DNA of 64,000 nt from Litorivivens sp. (GTDB lineage Bacteria; Pseudomonadota; Gammaproteobacteria; Pseudomonadales; Spongiibacteraceae): contig NZ_JBFJTH010000001.1 of assembly GCF_041625495.1 (NCBI RefSeq), forward strand, positions 12,933 to 76,932, in the 5' to 3' direction. Below the pieces are notes generated by a model. It saw nothing but the letters and a program-made list of their open reading frames with translations, searched no databases and was not told the origin of the DNA. A program made the translations under genes and the position numbers. Numbering within the stretch: position 1 is the first letter of the stretch; every line of letters starts with the position of its first letter. Positions 1 through 11,221 of the stretch are shown in pieces.

Positions 1-90
1 TGCGTGGCAGAGATCAAGGGAATCTCCTACGATCAGGTGGTCGCGCAAACGGCCGACAATTTTAATCGCCTGTTCAAGCTGGCGGCATAG
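1..90 (+). CDS. 3' end of TatD-family hydrolase (YcfH-like), partial at window edge
   Basis: Frame 1 reads CVAEIKGISYDQVVAQTADNFNRLFKLAA*, the typical TatD C-terminal helix (A..KG.....VA..T..N..RLF). Confidence 0.8.
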   Translation, partial: CVAEIKGISYDQVVAQTADNFNRLFKLAA

Positions 91-104
91 AAAGGTAGAA
101 GGTT

Positions 105-1217
105 TTGACCGAATTGCAGAAAACCCCGCTGTTTCAGTTGCATCAGGAACTCGGCGCAAAGATGGTGCCCTTTGCAGGTTATGCGATGCCTGTTCAATAC
201 AGCGACGGTGTTTTGAAAGAGCATCTGGCTACGAGAGAAAGCGCAGGTCTGTTTGATGTTTCCCATATGGGACAGATTCGCGTAACCGGAGACGGTATTG
301 CCGAGGCTTTGGAAACTGTGCTGCCCCAGGATGTGATAAGCCTGCCGCCAAACCGTCAACGCTATGGCCTGCTGACCAATGAACATGGCGGTATACTGGA
401 TGATCTGATGTTTGCCAACTGTGGTGACCATTTCATGCTGGTGGTTAACGCGGCCTGTAAGAGCGACGATTTTGCCTGGTTGCGTGAGCGACTGCCCGAG
501 CATATTCAGCTCCAGATGCTCAATGATCGAGCTCTGCTTGCATTGCAGGGACCAATGGCGCGTACGGTGATGAGTCGGCTAGCGCCGGGTACCGAGAGCA
601 TGGTGTTTATGGATACAGCCGATGTCGCGATTGCGGGTATCGATTGCTGGGTAAGCTGTTCGGGATATACCGGTGAAGATGGATATGAAATCTCTGTGTC
701 TGCCTATCAAGCCGAAGCTTTGGCCAGAGCTTTACTAGATTGCCCGGAAGTGTCCCCCATCGGTCTGGGCGCGCGCGATTCCCTTCGCCTTGAAGCGGGC
801 CTATGTCTTTACGGACACGATATTGACGAAGAAAAGACCCCTGTCACGGGCAATCTAAAATGGGCTATTTCAAAGGCGCGCCGCCCTGATGGCGAGCGCT
901 CTGGTGGGTATCCTGGCGCGGCAGTTGTGAATGCACAGTGGACAGAAGGTGGAAACCAGAAACGCGTCCTGCTGGATATTGAAGGTCGAGCGCCGGTTCG
1001 CGAAGGTGCCATTATAGTCAATGCCGATGGTAACGAGCTTGGCATCGTGACCAGCGGCGGTTTTGGTCCCAGCGTGGGTAGGCCGGTCGCGATGGGCTAT
1101 GTCAGCAGTCAGGCACTGGAAGAGGGGTTGGCGTTATTTGCACAGGTGCGCAAAAAACTCATTCCGATTCATCTGCGCACTCAGCCCTTTGTCGAACAAC
1201 GCTATTTTCGGGGCTGA
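105..1217 (+). CDS. gcvT: Glycine cleavage system aminomethyltransferase T
   Basis: KTPL..LH, FAGYAMPVQY, GLFDVSHMG, GYTGEDGYEI and GLGARDSLRLEAGLCLYG motifs; TTG start. Confidence 0.95.
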   Translation: MTELQKTPLFQLHQELGAKMVPFAGYAMPVQYSDGVLKEHLATRESAGLFDVSHMGQIRVTGDGIAEALETVLPQDVISLPPNRQRYGLLTNEHGGILDDLMFANCGDHFMLVVNAACKSDDFAWLRERLPEHIQLQMLNDRALLALQGPMARTVMSRLAPGTESMVFMDTADVAIAGIDCWVSCSGYTGEDGYEISVSAYQAEALARALLDCPEVSPIGLGARDSLRLEAGLCLYGHDIDEEKTPVTGNLKWAISKARRPDGERSGGYPGAAVVNAQWTEGGNQKRVLLDIEGRAPVREGAIIVNADGNELGIVTSGGFGPSVGRPVAMGYVSSQALEEGLALFAQVRKKLIPIHLRTQPFVEQRYFRG

Positions 1218-1229
1218 TTTACGCTAATC

Positions 1230-2279
1230 ATGAGTGCCTATCAGCTTGGTATCATTGAAGGTTTCTATGGCCGCCAATGGTCCTGGGAAGATCGGTGCGA
1301 CATGGCTGCTTTTCTCGCCGGTGCGGGTTACAGCCATTATCTCTACGCACCTAAAGGCGATACCTCGCTCCGAGCCCGCTGGCGTGAGCCGTTTAACGCA
1401 CTGGAATCATTGTCGGCATTGGCGGCGGAATGCCGCACTCAGGGGCTTAAGTTTGGTGTTGGCCTGTCACCGATGGGCTTGCAGATGGGCTACACCAAGG
1501 CCGATCGGCAGGTTTTGCTCGATCGTCTGCGAGAGCTAGACGCCACCGGCCTGGAAGTTCTCTGGATTCTTTTCGACGATATGCGCGGTGATCGCAGTGA
1601 ACTGGCGGCGAATCAGTGCGCGGTGATGGCTGACGTGCGACAGGCATTTTCCGGCGAGCTAGCGGTGTGTCCCAGCTACTACAGTTTTGACCCGGTACTC
1701 GATGAAGTCTTTGGCCAAAGACCGCAACACTACCTGCAGGATCTGGCGGCAGGGTTAGATGACAGTGTAGGTATTCTCTGGACAGGGAATCAGGTTATCA
1801 ACCAGACAATTACCGCTCAAGACTGCCTGCAATTTACCCGGCTGACGGGGCGTAAAGCACTGCTGTGGGATAATTATCCAGTTAATGATGGACGTAAAAC
1901 CTCCCCTTACCTGAACCTAAACGCTTTCACCGGACGTCAGCCAGAACTGGCAGAATTCGCGGCCGGCCATTTTGCCAACCCGATGAATCAGCCGAATCTG
2001 TCAAAAATTCCCTTGCGGACGCTGCCACCATTGTTTCAGGGCTACACTGATGCGGATGCCTTGAGGGCCCAGTCGCTGTCGCTATTGCCTGAGGCGTTAG
2101 CGAGCCTTCTGGCGCGGGATTGGGAGATATTTCAGCGCAGGGGCTTGGATGGGTTGGGTCAGGCGGAAAAAGCGAGCCTGGAAGCCGACTATACTGCGCT
2201 GGACCATCCGGCAGCGGATGAGGTCTGCGACTGGCTTAACGGCGGCTACACTTTTGATCCGGAGTGCTTGACGGGTTGA
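1230..2279 (+). CDS. GH84 beta-N-acetylglucosaminidase (O-GlcNAcase/hyaluronidase-like) catalytic domain protein
   Basis: GIIEGFYG..W, YLYAPKGD, catalytic LFDD, WTG, LWDNYPVND and NPMNQ motifs of GH84; no signal peptide. Confidence 0.88.
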   Translation: MSAYQLGIIEGFYGRQWSWEDRCDMAAFLAGAGYSHYLYAPKGDTSLRARWREPFNALESLSALAAECRTQGLKFGVGLSPMGLQMGYTKADRQVLLDRLRELDATGLEVLWILFDDMRGDRSELAANQCAVMADVRQAFSGELAVCPSYYSFDPVLDEVFGQRPQHYLQDLAAGLDDSVGILWTGNQVINQTITAQDCLQFTRLTGRKALLWDNYPVNDGRKTSPYLNLNAFTGRQPELAEFAAGHFANPMNQPNLSKIPLRTLPPLFQGYTDADALRAQSLSLLPEALASLLARDWEIFQRRGLDGLGQAEKASLEADYTALDHPAADEVCDWLNGGYTFDPECLTG

Positions 2280-2337
2280 TCGGGCCGGGTGCGAAGCGGT
2301 TGCGCAAATGGCCAGCTTCCGGTAATGTCTGCGCCCC

Positions 2338-2356
2338 ATGTTTACATGTAAAACAT
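2338..2356. promoter_or_regulatory. Palindromic candidate operator upstream of fadB
   Basis: ATGTTTACATGTAAAACAT containing the perfect 12-bp palindrome TTTACATGTAAA (2341-2352). Confidence 0.35.
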
Positions 2357-2499
2357 AAGTTGTGGTCCGGGCCCACCCGATGGTGCACTGGACAATAACT
2401 TGCGATGAGCGTCTGTCGAGGTTTCGACAACTGCCGGTTTGCCGGCGATGTGTTCACGCTGCGCTGCAGCCAATAACTCAAGTGATGTGAGGAAAACAC

Positions 2500-4647
2500 A
2501 TGATTTACGAAGGCAAGGCCGTTTCGGCCAAGTTCCTGGATAACGGTATCGCTGAGCTGTGTTTCGACCAGCAGGGCGAGTCTGTCAATAAATTCGACCA
2601 ACTGACCCTGAGGGATTTGGACGAAGCCACTAAAGCGCTGGCCCAGGAAAAGGACCTGAAAGGGGTGCTGGTCACCAGTGGCAAGTCTGTTTTTATCGTC
2701 GGTGCCGATATCATGGAATTCACCGACATGTTCAAGCTGCCAGACGAGGAGCTTAAAGGCTGGGTTCGTGAGGCCAATGGTATTTTTAACCGCTTTGAAG
2801 ACCTGCCTGTACCGACGGTTGCGGCTATCAATGGCATTGCACTCGGTGGCGGTTTTGAGATGTGTCTGGCCTGCGACTATCGGGTAATGTCTTCAAAAGC
2901 CCGCGTTGGCCTGCCTGAGGTCAAGCTAGGCATCAACCCCGGCTTTGGCGGCACCGTGCGTCTGCCGCGTGTCATTGGTCCCGATAACGCCATGCTGTGG
3001 GCCGCTACCGGTAATGACCAGAAGCCCGACGCTGCACTGAAAGATGGCGGTGTTGATGCGGTGGTTGCGCCTGAAAAACTGAAAGAAGCTGCCTTGGATC
3101 TGCTGGGTAAAGCTATCGACGGCACCTTTGATTACAAAGCGCGTCGCCAGGAGAAGCTCGAGCCAGTCAAGTTGAACGACATTGAGCGCATGATGTCCTT
3201 CACCACGGGTAAGGCGATGGTTGCGCAGCAGGCTGGCAAGAACATGCCCGCGCCGCTGACGGCCGCTAAATCCATGGAGAAAAATGCTGCACTGTCGCGC
3301 GATGAGGCTATCGAGGTCGAAATCGAACATTTTGCCAAATTGGCAAAAACCCCAGAAGCGGCTGCACTGGTTGGTCTGTTCCTGAATCAGCAGGCACTGG
3401 GCAAGCGCAACAAGCAGTGGGAAAACAAAGCTGAGCCTGTGAACAAGGCGGCTGTGCTGGGTGCCGGTATCATGGGTGGTGGTATTGCCTACCAGAGTGC
3501 CTACAAAGGTACGCCTATTCTGATGAAGGACATTGCTGACGCAGGTCTCGATCTGGGTATGAGCGAAGCCACCAAACTGCTGGCAAAGCGCGTTGATCGT
3601 GGTCGCATGTCCGGTCTGCAGATGGGTGAAGTGCTGAGCAGCATCCGTCCGACGCTGGACTACACCGGTTTTGATAAAGCCGACGTTGTGGTTGAAGCTG
3701 TTGTTGAAAACGTGAAGGTTAAGCACGCAGTACTGTCAGAGTGCGAGCAGCACATCCGTGAAGATGCGGTGCTGGCTTCTAATACGTCCACTATCTCCAT
3801 TACCCGTCTGGCCGAGCCCCTGAAGCGTCCGGAAAACTTCTGCGGCATGCACTTCTTCAACCCGGTGCACCAGATGCCGCTGGTTGAGGTTATTCGCGGT
3901 GAAAAAACCAGCGATGAAACGGTCGCGCGTGTTGTGAAATACGCCACGCAAATGGGCAAGACGCCGATCGTAATCAACGATTGCCCCGGATTCTTCGTTA
4001 ACCGTGTTCTGTTTCCGTATTTTGCCGGTTTCGACATGATGGTGCGTGACGGTGTGGATTTCCGTCGCATCGACAAAGTCATGGAAAAGTTTGGCATGCC
4101 CATGGGCCCCGCCTACCTGATGGACGTGGTTGGTATCGATACCGGTTTCCACGCTGCCGAGGTAATGGCAGAAGGCTTCCCGGATCGCATGAAGCACGAC
4201 TACACCGGCATTTCCGAACTGATGTTCAAGGCCGATCGCTATGGCCAGAAGAACGGGATCGGTTTCTACCGCTACGAGAAGGACAAGAAGGGTAAGCCGC
4301 GCAAGACCGAGGACGAAACCGCTCTGAAAATGGCGGCCGATTGCGCCGAGAAGTCCATCGAAATCACCGATGAAGAAATTGTCGCCCGCATGATGATCCC
4401 CATGTGTACCGAAACCCTGCGCTGCCTCGACGAGAACATCGTCAGCTGCCCGGAAGATGCGGACATGGGCCTGATCATGGGTATCGGCTTTCCGGTATTC
4501 CGTGGCGGTGCGCTGCGCTACATCGACCAGATGGGTGCCAAGGCCTTCTGCGAAATGGCAGATAAATTTGCCCACCTCGGCAAGCTCTATGAGCCCACCG
4601 AGAACATTCGCAAAATGGCCGAAAACGGCGAAACCTTCTTTAAATAA
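2500..4647 (+). CDS. fadB: Fatty acid oxidation complex alpha subunit (enoyl-CoA hydratase/3-hydroxyacyl-CoA dehydrogenase)
   Basis: MIYEGKA start, [36 protein letters not shown]; 715 aa; RBS GAGG. Confidence 0.97.
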   Translation: MIYEGKAVSAKFLDNGIAELCFDQQGESVNKFDQLTLRDLDEATKALAQEKDLKGVLVTSGKSVFIVGADIMEFTDMFKLPDEELKGWVREANGIFNRFEDLPVPTVAAINGIALGGGFEMCLACDYRVMSSKARVGLPEVKLGINPGFGGTVRLPRVIGPDNAMLWAATGNDQKPDAALKDGGVDAVVAPEKLKEAALDLLGKAIDGTFDYKARRQEKLEPVKLNDIERMMSFTTGKAMVAQQAGKNMPAPLTAAKSMEKNAALSRDEAIEVEIEHFAKLAKTPEAAALVGLFLNQQALGKRNKQWENKAEPVNKAAVLGAGIMGGGIAYQSAYKGTPILMKDIADAGLDLGMSEATKLLAKRVDRGRMSGLQMGEVLSSIRPTLDYTGFDKADVVVEAVVENVKVKHAVLSECEQHIREDAVLASNTSTISITRLAEPLKRPENFCGMHFFNPVHQMPLVEVIRGEKTSDETVARVVKYATQMGKTPIVINDCPGFFVNRVLFPYFAGFDMMVRDGVDFRRIDKVMEKFGMPMGPAYLMDVVGIDTGFHAAEVMAEGFPDRMKHDYTGISELMFKADRYGQKNGIGFYRYEKDKKGKPRKTEDETALKMAADCAEKSIEITDEEIVARMMIPMCTETLRCLDENIVSCPEDADMGLIMGIGFPVFRGGALRYIDQMGAKAFCEMADKFAHLGKLYEPTENIRKMAENGETFFK

Positions 4648-4665
4648 TCTGGTGCAGGAGCTTAA

Positions 4666-5844
<1,179 letters not shown>

Positions 5845-5862
5845 TTTTAAGAAGCGTTTCGT

Positions 5863-5892
5863 AAAACGGGCCTTCGGGCCCGTTTTTGTTTC
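5863..5892 (+). terminator. Intrinsic terminator after fadA
   Basis: AAAACGGGCC-TTCG-GGCCCGTTTT followed by a T-rich tail. Confidence 0.9.
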
Positions 5893-5970
5893 TACAGTGT
5901 TTACCGGCCCGGTGACAGGCTTTTAAAGCATGCTACCATTGCCGACCGAATTCAAATTGACGCTCAAGGT

Positions 5971-7287
5971 ATGTCCGTTTCCGTTCTTTTGGCGCAACAA
6001 TCCCCAGAATCCTTGTTAAAGGCGCAGCCGCCCGGTGGGTTGGTCGCTATCGCGTATCAATTGCCGCGCTTCTGGTCCAGTAAAGGTGGGAGCGATCAGC
6101 TGGTCGCTGTTTATGAGCGAAGTGCTGGCAGCGTGGCGTTTCTCGTGGCTCAAGACGGCAATGCATTGCGTGCCACGCTCGAGGGTCACACCGGTGACCT
6201 TGCTTCCCTGGCCGAGTCACTGAACACGGAAACCTTTGCCAGTGACCAGGCAATCGCGCTGACGCCAGTGCATATCCCCAAACCCTGGGGCGAGGAGATC
6301 TGGTATACCGGAATGGAAGATCGCGGTGTGGCTCAGGCCGGTCATCGGGGGCGAACAGTTCCTTTACCGTGGGTTTTGTCGGCCTTACCGAAGCAGCTTG
6401 CCGCTGGCCGTGACCGAGGGATTATTCTGCTGAAGATCCTTGCACCACGGGCCGAGGAAGTGTTCGGCGATCTGTATTTTGAGTTGCATGAAGAAAAGCG
6501 TGAAGTCTATGTGGTCACGTCGATCGATGAGTCGGCCTGGCCAGACGGGGAGGGCGCGATACGCTTTGGCTTCTGTTCAGAAAAGCGTGCTCAATTTCCG
6601 GATGACGCCAGCTTCAGAGCGGCGTTTGCGGAGTCGGTCGCGGCCTATGAAAATGTACGTCGTGATATTGACGCCCGGCTGGATGCTCTGGCGGCCCAAG
6701 ATGAGGGTAGCGTTAGTCGGGAAGCCTTGCTGGCCCAATTGCCGGTTGAGCTAACGCAGCAAGAGCAAGCGCTGCGCACAGCGATGTATGGGTTTACTGC
6801 GCTAAAGCCGCTGCGAGTAGGTGATGTGGTGAAAGTGCCGACGCTCACGCCCCACTCACTGCAGCACGGCGTGCGTACGGTAGAGTTTCAAACCCCGGTA
6901 TACGAGCGCCTGATCGTCGCCTTTGCGCAAAAGGTGCTCACTCAGGACCATTGGGATACCGCCAGAGCCATAGAGCTGATGGAGCTCGAGGCACCGCCGT
7001 CGGCGCCGTTTGAGACGCTCTACAACGCCGCAGGTGCCAGCGTTGAGCGGATTGTCGATTTTGCTGACTTTGAGGTGCATCGCTGTACCTTGGTGCCTGG
7101 GGCGGCGCTGTTGCTTGATTCGCCTAAAGATTACGCGGTACTGATGGTAGTAAAGGGTGAATTATTGCTTGGAGAATGCCCACTGCTGCCTGAACAGGCA
7201 GTATTTGTGCCTTCCAGCTGGGCCTCCCGGGAAATCAGCAACGAAAGTATGCAGGAATTGGTCTTTCTAGTGGCATATCCACGCTAG
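5971..7287 (+). CDS. Hypothetical cupin protein, divergent type I phosphomannose isomerase-like
   Basis: PKPWG.E.W, LLKIL, ELH..K.E and VP..TPHSL..G...VEFQ resemble ManA/PMI motifs. Confidence 0.55.
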   Translation: MSVSVLLAQQSPESLLKAQPPGGLVAIAYQLPRFWSSKGGSDQLVAVYERSAGSVAFLVAQDGNALRATLEGHTGDLASLAESLNTETFASDQAIALTPVHIPKPWGEEIWYTGMEDRGVAQAGHRGRTVPLPWVLSALPKQLAAGRDRGIILLKILAPRAEEVFGDLYFELHEEKREVYVVTSIDESAWPDGEGAIRFGFCSEKRAQFPDDASFRAAFAESVAAYENVRRDIDARLDALAAQDEGSVSREALLAQLPVELTQQEQALRTAMYGFTALKPLRVGDVVKVPTLTPHSLQHGVRTVEFQTPVYERLIVAFAQKVLTQDHWDTARAIELMELEAPPSAPFETLYNAAGASVERIVDFADFEVHRCTLVPGAALLLDSPKDYAVLMVVKGELLLGECPLLPEQAVFVPSSWASREISNESMQELVFLVAYPR

Positions 7288-7421
7288 TTAGCGATAGACA
7301 CTCACTTGCGGGACTTCGGGGGCTGTGGCACAATTGCCGACCAAATTTTGCAGGGCTAAGCGCGACTGTTCGTTAATTAGCCCGCCGATACAATGGCTTA
7401 TAGCCGTCTTTTGAAGAATTT

Positions 7422-7506
7422 GCGAAAGTGGCGGAATTGGTAGACGCACTGGATTTAGGTTCCAGCGCCGCAAGGCGTGAGAGTTCGAGTCTCTCCTTTC
7501 GCACCA
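7422..7506 (+). tRNA. tRNA-Leu (anticodon TAG)
   Basis: GCGAAAG/CTTTCGC acceptor stem, GGAATTGGTAGAC D-loop, CTGGA-TTTAGGT-TCCAG anticodon arm, long variable arm, GTTCGAGT T-loop, encoded CCA. Confidence 0.97.
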
Positions 7507-7575
7507 TTCTCTTGAAAACATAGTTCATTGACAGACAGGCTGCGCGTCATACGCAGCTCTCTCAGAGGGATTCCC

Positions 7576-8907
7576 ATGCAAGTGTCAGTTGAAACGACTT
7601 CAGGTCTGGAACGTCGTTTAATCGTTGGTGTACCTGCCGAGCGCATTGATAGTGCGGTTAACTCTAAGCTCCAAAAAGCTTCCAAAACCGTGCGCTTAGA
7701 CGGTTTTCGTCCAGGCAAGGTGCCGATGAAAGTCATGCGTCAGCGCTTTGGCCAGTCGGTTCGCATGGAAGTGCTTGGCGAAGTGATGAACGAGTCCTTC
7801 TATGAGGCGATTCAACAGCAGGACCTTAAGCCTGCCGGTCAGCCCGCCATTGAACCGAAAAATCTCGATGAAGGTCGTGATCTGGAATATGTGGCAACCT
7901 TTGAAGTGTTTCCGGAGATTGAAGTCAAAGACTACAGCGGAATTAAGGTTGTTAAGCCTAAGGCAGAAGTAACCGACGCCGATCTCGACAAGATGATTGA
8001 AAATCTGCGTGAGCAGCGCGCTGAGTTTGAAACAGTGGCGCGTGCTGCCGAAGATGGTGATCAGGTCGTTATAGACTACGCTGGTACAAAAGATGGCGAA
8101 GCTTTTGATGGCGGTAGCGCAGAAGATTCCAATCTGGTTCTCGGGTCTGGTCGTATGATCCCAGGCTTTGAAGACGGTATTGTTGGTATGAGTGCCGGCG
8201 AAGAAAAGGTACTGTCGCTGAGCTTTCCAGAGGACTACCACGCCGAGGAGCTCAAAGGCGCTGCGGTTGAGTTCAAGGTTACGCTCAAAGAAGTCAAAAC
8301 CAAGGTCCAGCCCGAGCTGAACGACGAATTCTTTAAGTTGTTCGGTGTGGAAGAGGGTGGCGAAGAGGCTTTCCGCGCGGAAGTGCGCAAAAACATGGAA
8401 GGCCAGCTGGAAAGTGCGATTGAAAATCGCATTAAACAGCAGGTGCTGGATGGCGTGCTTGATGCGCATAGCGACCTTCAGGTTCCCAAGGCGCTGATTT
8501 CTCAGGAAATTGATGCGCTGCGTAACCAGCAGTTACAGCAATTTGGTGACCTGGCCAAGCAAATCAATGCGAAAGACATTTTCCCAGATGAAGTGTTTGC
8601 GGAAAATGCGGAGCGACGCGTCAAGCTGGGCCTAGTGCTCAATGAGCTGGTAAACAGTGAGTCGATTGAAGCTGATGCGGACAAAGTTCGTGCCGCTATT
8701 GAGAAAATGGCAGCCAGCTACGAAGACAAAGAGCAGGTTATCAACTGGTACTACAGCAACCCGCAACAGTTGCAGGGCATTGAGTCGCTGGTGGTGGAAA
8801 ATCAGGTTGTTGATAATTTGCTTGAAAAAGCGCAGGTTACCGAGGAAACTTCCAGTTACGAAAAAGTGATGTCGCCCCCCGATGAAGAGGCAGCGGAAGA
8901 AGAATAA
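7576..8907 (+). CDS. tig: Trigger factor
   Basis: MQVSVETTSGLERR start (ATG 7576 with GAGGG RBS), GFRPGKVP signature, FKBP domain. Confidence 0.97.
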   Translation: MQVSVETTSGLERRLIVGVPAERIDSAVNSKLQKASKTVRLDGFRPGKVPMKVMRQRFGQSVRMEVLGEVMNESFYEAIQQQDLKPAGQPAIEPKNLDEGRDLEYVATFEVFPEIEVKDYSGIKVVKPKAEVTDADLDKMIENLREQRAEFETVARAAEDGDQVVIDYAGTKDGEAFDGGSAEDSNLVLGSGRMIPGFEDGIVGMSAGEEKVLSLSFPEDYHAEELKGAAVEFKVTLKEVKTKVQPELNDEFFKLFGVEEGGEEAFRAEVRKNMEGQLESAIENRIKQQVLDGVLDAHSDLQVPKALISQEIDALRNQQLQQFGDLAKQINAKDIFPDEVFAENAERRVKLGLVLNELVNSESIEADADKVRAAIEKMAASYEDKEQVINWYYSNPQQLQGIESLVVENQVVDNLLEKAQVTEETSSYEKVMSPPDEEAAEEE

Positions 8908-9045
8908 CGCAGCAATACTGCGTTAGACTCTCAGGGCGATCGGGTGAAAATTCGGTCGCTTTTGTTTTTGTGGGTCGGGCTTTTGTGAGTACGAAAGTGG
9001 CGGCGAGTGGTCAGATAGTGAGAAGCCGGGAGAAGAAGAGGGATT

Positions 9046-9693
9046 ATGTCGCGCTATAGCTCAGAAGGTTACAATTCAAATCAGATCAACAATCTCGGCC
9101 TGGTGCCCATCGTGGTAGAGCAGACTGCTCGCGGTGAGCGCTCTTTCGATATTTACTCTCGACTGTTGAAAGAGCGGGTTATTTTCTGTGTTGGCCCCGT
9201 CGAAGATCATATGGCGAACCTGATTGTCGCCCAAATGCTGTTTCTGGAGTCTGAAAACCCAGATAAAGATATTCACCTGTACATCAATTCACCGGGTGGC
9301 TCGGTAACCGCAGGCTTGTCAATCTACGACACCATGCAGTTCATCAAACCCGATGTCAGCACCATGTGTATTGGTCAGGCCGCCAGTATGGGCGCATTCC
9401 TGCTCTCTGGTGGCACCAAAGGCAAGCGCTACATGCTGCCTAACGCTCGCACCATGATTCACCAGCCCAGCGGGGGCGCCACCGGTCAGGCGACGGACAT
9501 CGACATACATGCCCGTGAAATCCTGATCATCCGCGAGCGTCTGAATGAGCTGATGGCCCAGCACACCGGGCAGGATATCGAAAAAATTCGCCTGGATACC
9601 GAGCGCGATAACTTTATGAATGCCGAGCAATCCAAGGCCTATGGATTGATCGATGAGGTGATGATGCGACGTACAGTAGCAGACGAGAAGTAG
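9046..9693 (+). CDS. clpP: ATP-dependent Clp protease proteolytic subunit
   Basis: [26 protein letters not shown] (Ser), MIHQP (His). Confidence 0.98.
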   Translation: MSRYSSEGYNSNQINNLGLVPIVVEQTARGERSFDIYSRLLKERVIFCVGPVEDHMANLIVAQMLFLESENPDKDIHLYINSPGGSVTAGLSIYDTMQFIKPDVSTMCIGQAASMGAFLLSGGTKGKRYMLPNARTMIHQPSGGATGQATDIDIHAREILIIRERLNELMAQHTGQDIEKIRLDTERDNFMNAEQSKAYGLIDEVMMRRTVADEK

Positions 9694-9710
9694 TATTCGC
9701 TGCCCTGATG

Positions 9711-9740
9711 CTTGCAATACGCGGCAAAAATCAGCATCTT
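9711..9740 (+). promoter_or_regulatory. Possible sigma32-like promoter of clpX
   Basis: CTTGCA-N15-CAGCAT; the -10 only partly matches CCCCAT. Confidence 0.4.
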
Positions 9741-9794
9741 TAGAGTAGAGATAGTTATAAGTGCACCATGGCGGTGCGCATTTTGGAGAGCTTA

Positions 9795-11078
9795 ATGGCA
9801 GATCACACCAAAGACGGGGACGACAGCGGCAAACTGCTCTACTGTTCGTTCTGCGGCAAAAGCCAACACGAAGTCAGGAAGCTGATTGCGGGTCCGTCTG
9901 TCTTCATCTGCGACGAGTGTGTCGATCTATGCAACGACATTATTCGTGAGGAAATACAGGAAAGCAGCGGTGAAGCCAATCACGACCGCCTGCCGACGCC
10001 GGCGGAAATCAAAGATATTCTCGGGCAGTACGTTATCGGTCAGGAACGTGCCAAGAAAGTGCTCGCGGTAGCGGTTTACAATCACTACAAGCGGCTGCGC
10101 TACGCGGATACTAGCGCTGAAGACGTCGAGCTGGGCAAAAGTAATATCCTCTTGGTGGGCCCCACAGGTAGCGGTAAAACGCTGCTGGCAGAAACCCTGG
10201 CCCGTCTGCTGGACGTTCCCTTTACCATCGCCGATGCCACCACATTGACCGAAGCGGGCTATGTGGGTGAGGATGTTGAAAACATCATCCAGAAGCTGCT
10301 GCAGAAGTGCGACTATGATGTCGATAAAGCACAGATGGGTATTGTTTATATCGATGAAATTGACAAGATTTCCCGCAAGTCGGACAACCCGTCGATCACA
10401 CGTGACGTATCGGGTGAAGGCGTGCAGCAGGCGTTGCTCAAGTTGATCGAAGGCACAGTTGCTTCCGTGCCGCCGCAAGGGGGGCGCAAGCACCCTCAGC
10501 AGGAGTTCCTGCAGGTTAACGCGGCTAATATCTTGTTTATTTGTGGTGGCGCATTTGCCGGTCTGGATAAGGTCATTCGAGATCGCTCCGAGCGTGGCGG
10601 CATCGGTTTCTCAGCTGAGGTCAAGAGCAAGGACGACAAGCGCAATGTCGGCGAAGTGCTGGCAGACCTAGAGCCAGAGGATCTGGTTCGCTACGGACTG
10701 ATTCCTGAGTTTGTTGGACGGCTACCGGTCATCGCAACCTTGGAAGAGCTGGACGTAGATGCCCTGATCAGCATCCTGACAGAGCCGAAAAACTCTCTGA
10801 CCAAACAGTACGGAAAGCTGTTTGAGATGGAGGGGGTCGATGTTGATTTCCGTGAAGACGGTTTGCGTGCGGTTGCCGAAAGGGCGATGGAGCGTAAAAC
10901 CGGTGCCCGGGGTCTGCGCTCGATACTGGAGGCTGTTCTGCTAGACACCATGTACCAGATTCCATCACTGGAAAATGTCAGCAAGGTAGTGATTGATGAA
11001 TCTGTGATCAAGGGTGAGTCAGAGCCGATGCTGGTTTACCATAACAACGACAAGAAGAAAGCCGCGCCAGAAGATTGA
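9795..11078 (+). CDS. clpX: Clp protease ATP-binding subunit
   Basis: CSFCGK zinc finger, [17 protein letters not shown] loop; start moved to the ATG at 9795 after a GGAG RBS. Confidence 0.98.
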   Translation: MADHTKDGDDSGKLLYCSFCGKSQHEVRKLIAGPSVFICDECVDLCNDIIREEIQESSGEANHDRLPTPAEIKDILGQYVIGQERAKKVLAVAVYNHYKRLRYADTSAEDVELGKSNILLVGPTGSGKTLLAETLARLLDVPFTIADATTLTEAGYVGEDVENIIQKLLQKCDYDVDKAQMGIVYIDEIDKISRKSDNPSITRDVSGEGVQQALLKLIEGTVASVPPQGGRKHPQQEFLQVNAANILFICGGAFAGLDKVIRDRSERGGIGFSAEVKSKDDKRNVGEVLADLEPEDLVRYGLIPEFVGRLPVIATLEELDVDALISILTEPKNSLTKQYGKLFEMEGVDVDFREDGLRAVAERAMERKTGARGLRSILEAVLLDTMYQIPSLENVSKVVIDESVIKGESEPMLVYHNNDKKKAAPED

Positions 11079-11087
11079 TTTCTGTAC

Positions 11088-11113
11088 AAATGGGCCGATT
11101 TTTCGGCCCATTT
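11088..11113 (+). terminator. Hairpin/terminator after clpX
   Basis: AAATGGGCCGA-TTTT-TCGGCCCATTT inverted repeat. Confidence 0.7.
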
Positions 11114-11135
11114 CCAACTATTTCTCTGTCAATAC

Positions 11136-11164
11136 CTTGTAATTCCGCGTGTTACGCCCCATGT
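11136..11164 (+). promoter_or_regulatory. Sigma32 (RpoH) heat-shock promoter of lon
   Basis: CTTGTA-N15-CCCCATGT matches the CTTGAA-N13-15-CCCCATNT consensus; lon is a known RpoH target. Confidence 0.8.
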
Positions 11165-11221
11165 TAAAGGGAAGCAGGCTGACCCTGTCAGCCCCCCGTA
11201 CCACCTGTTAAGAGGTCGAAA

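Noticed and set aside
7422-7575. tRNA-Leu as an integration site
   Set aside because: tig follows directly; I saw no integrase or duplicated tRNA 3' end
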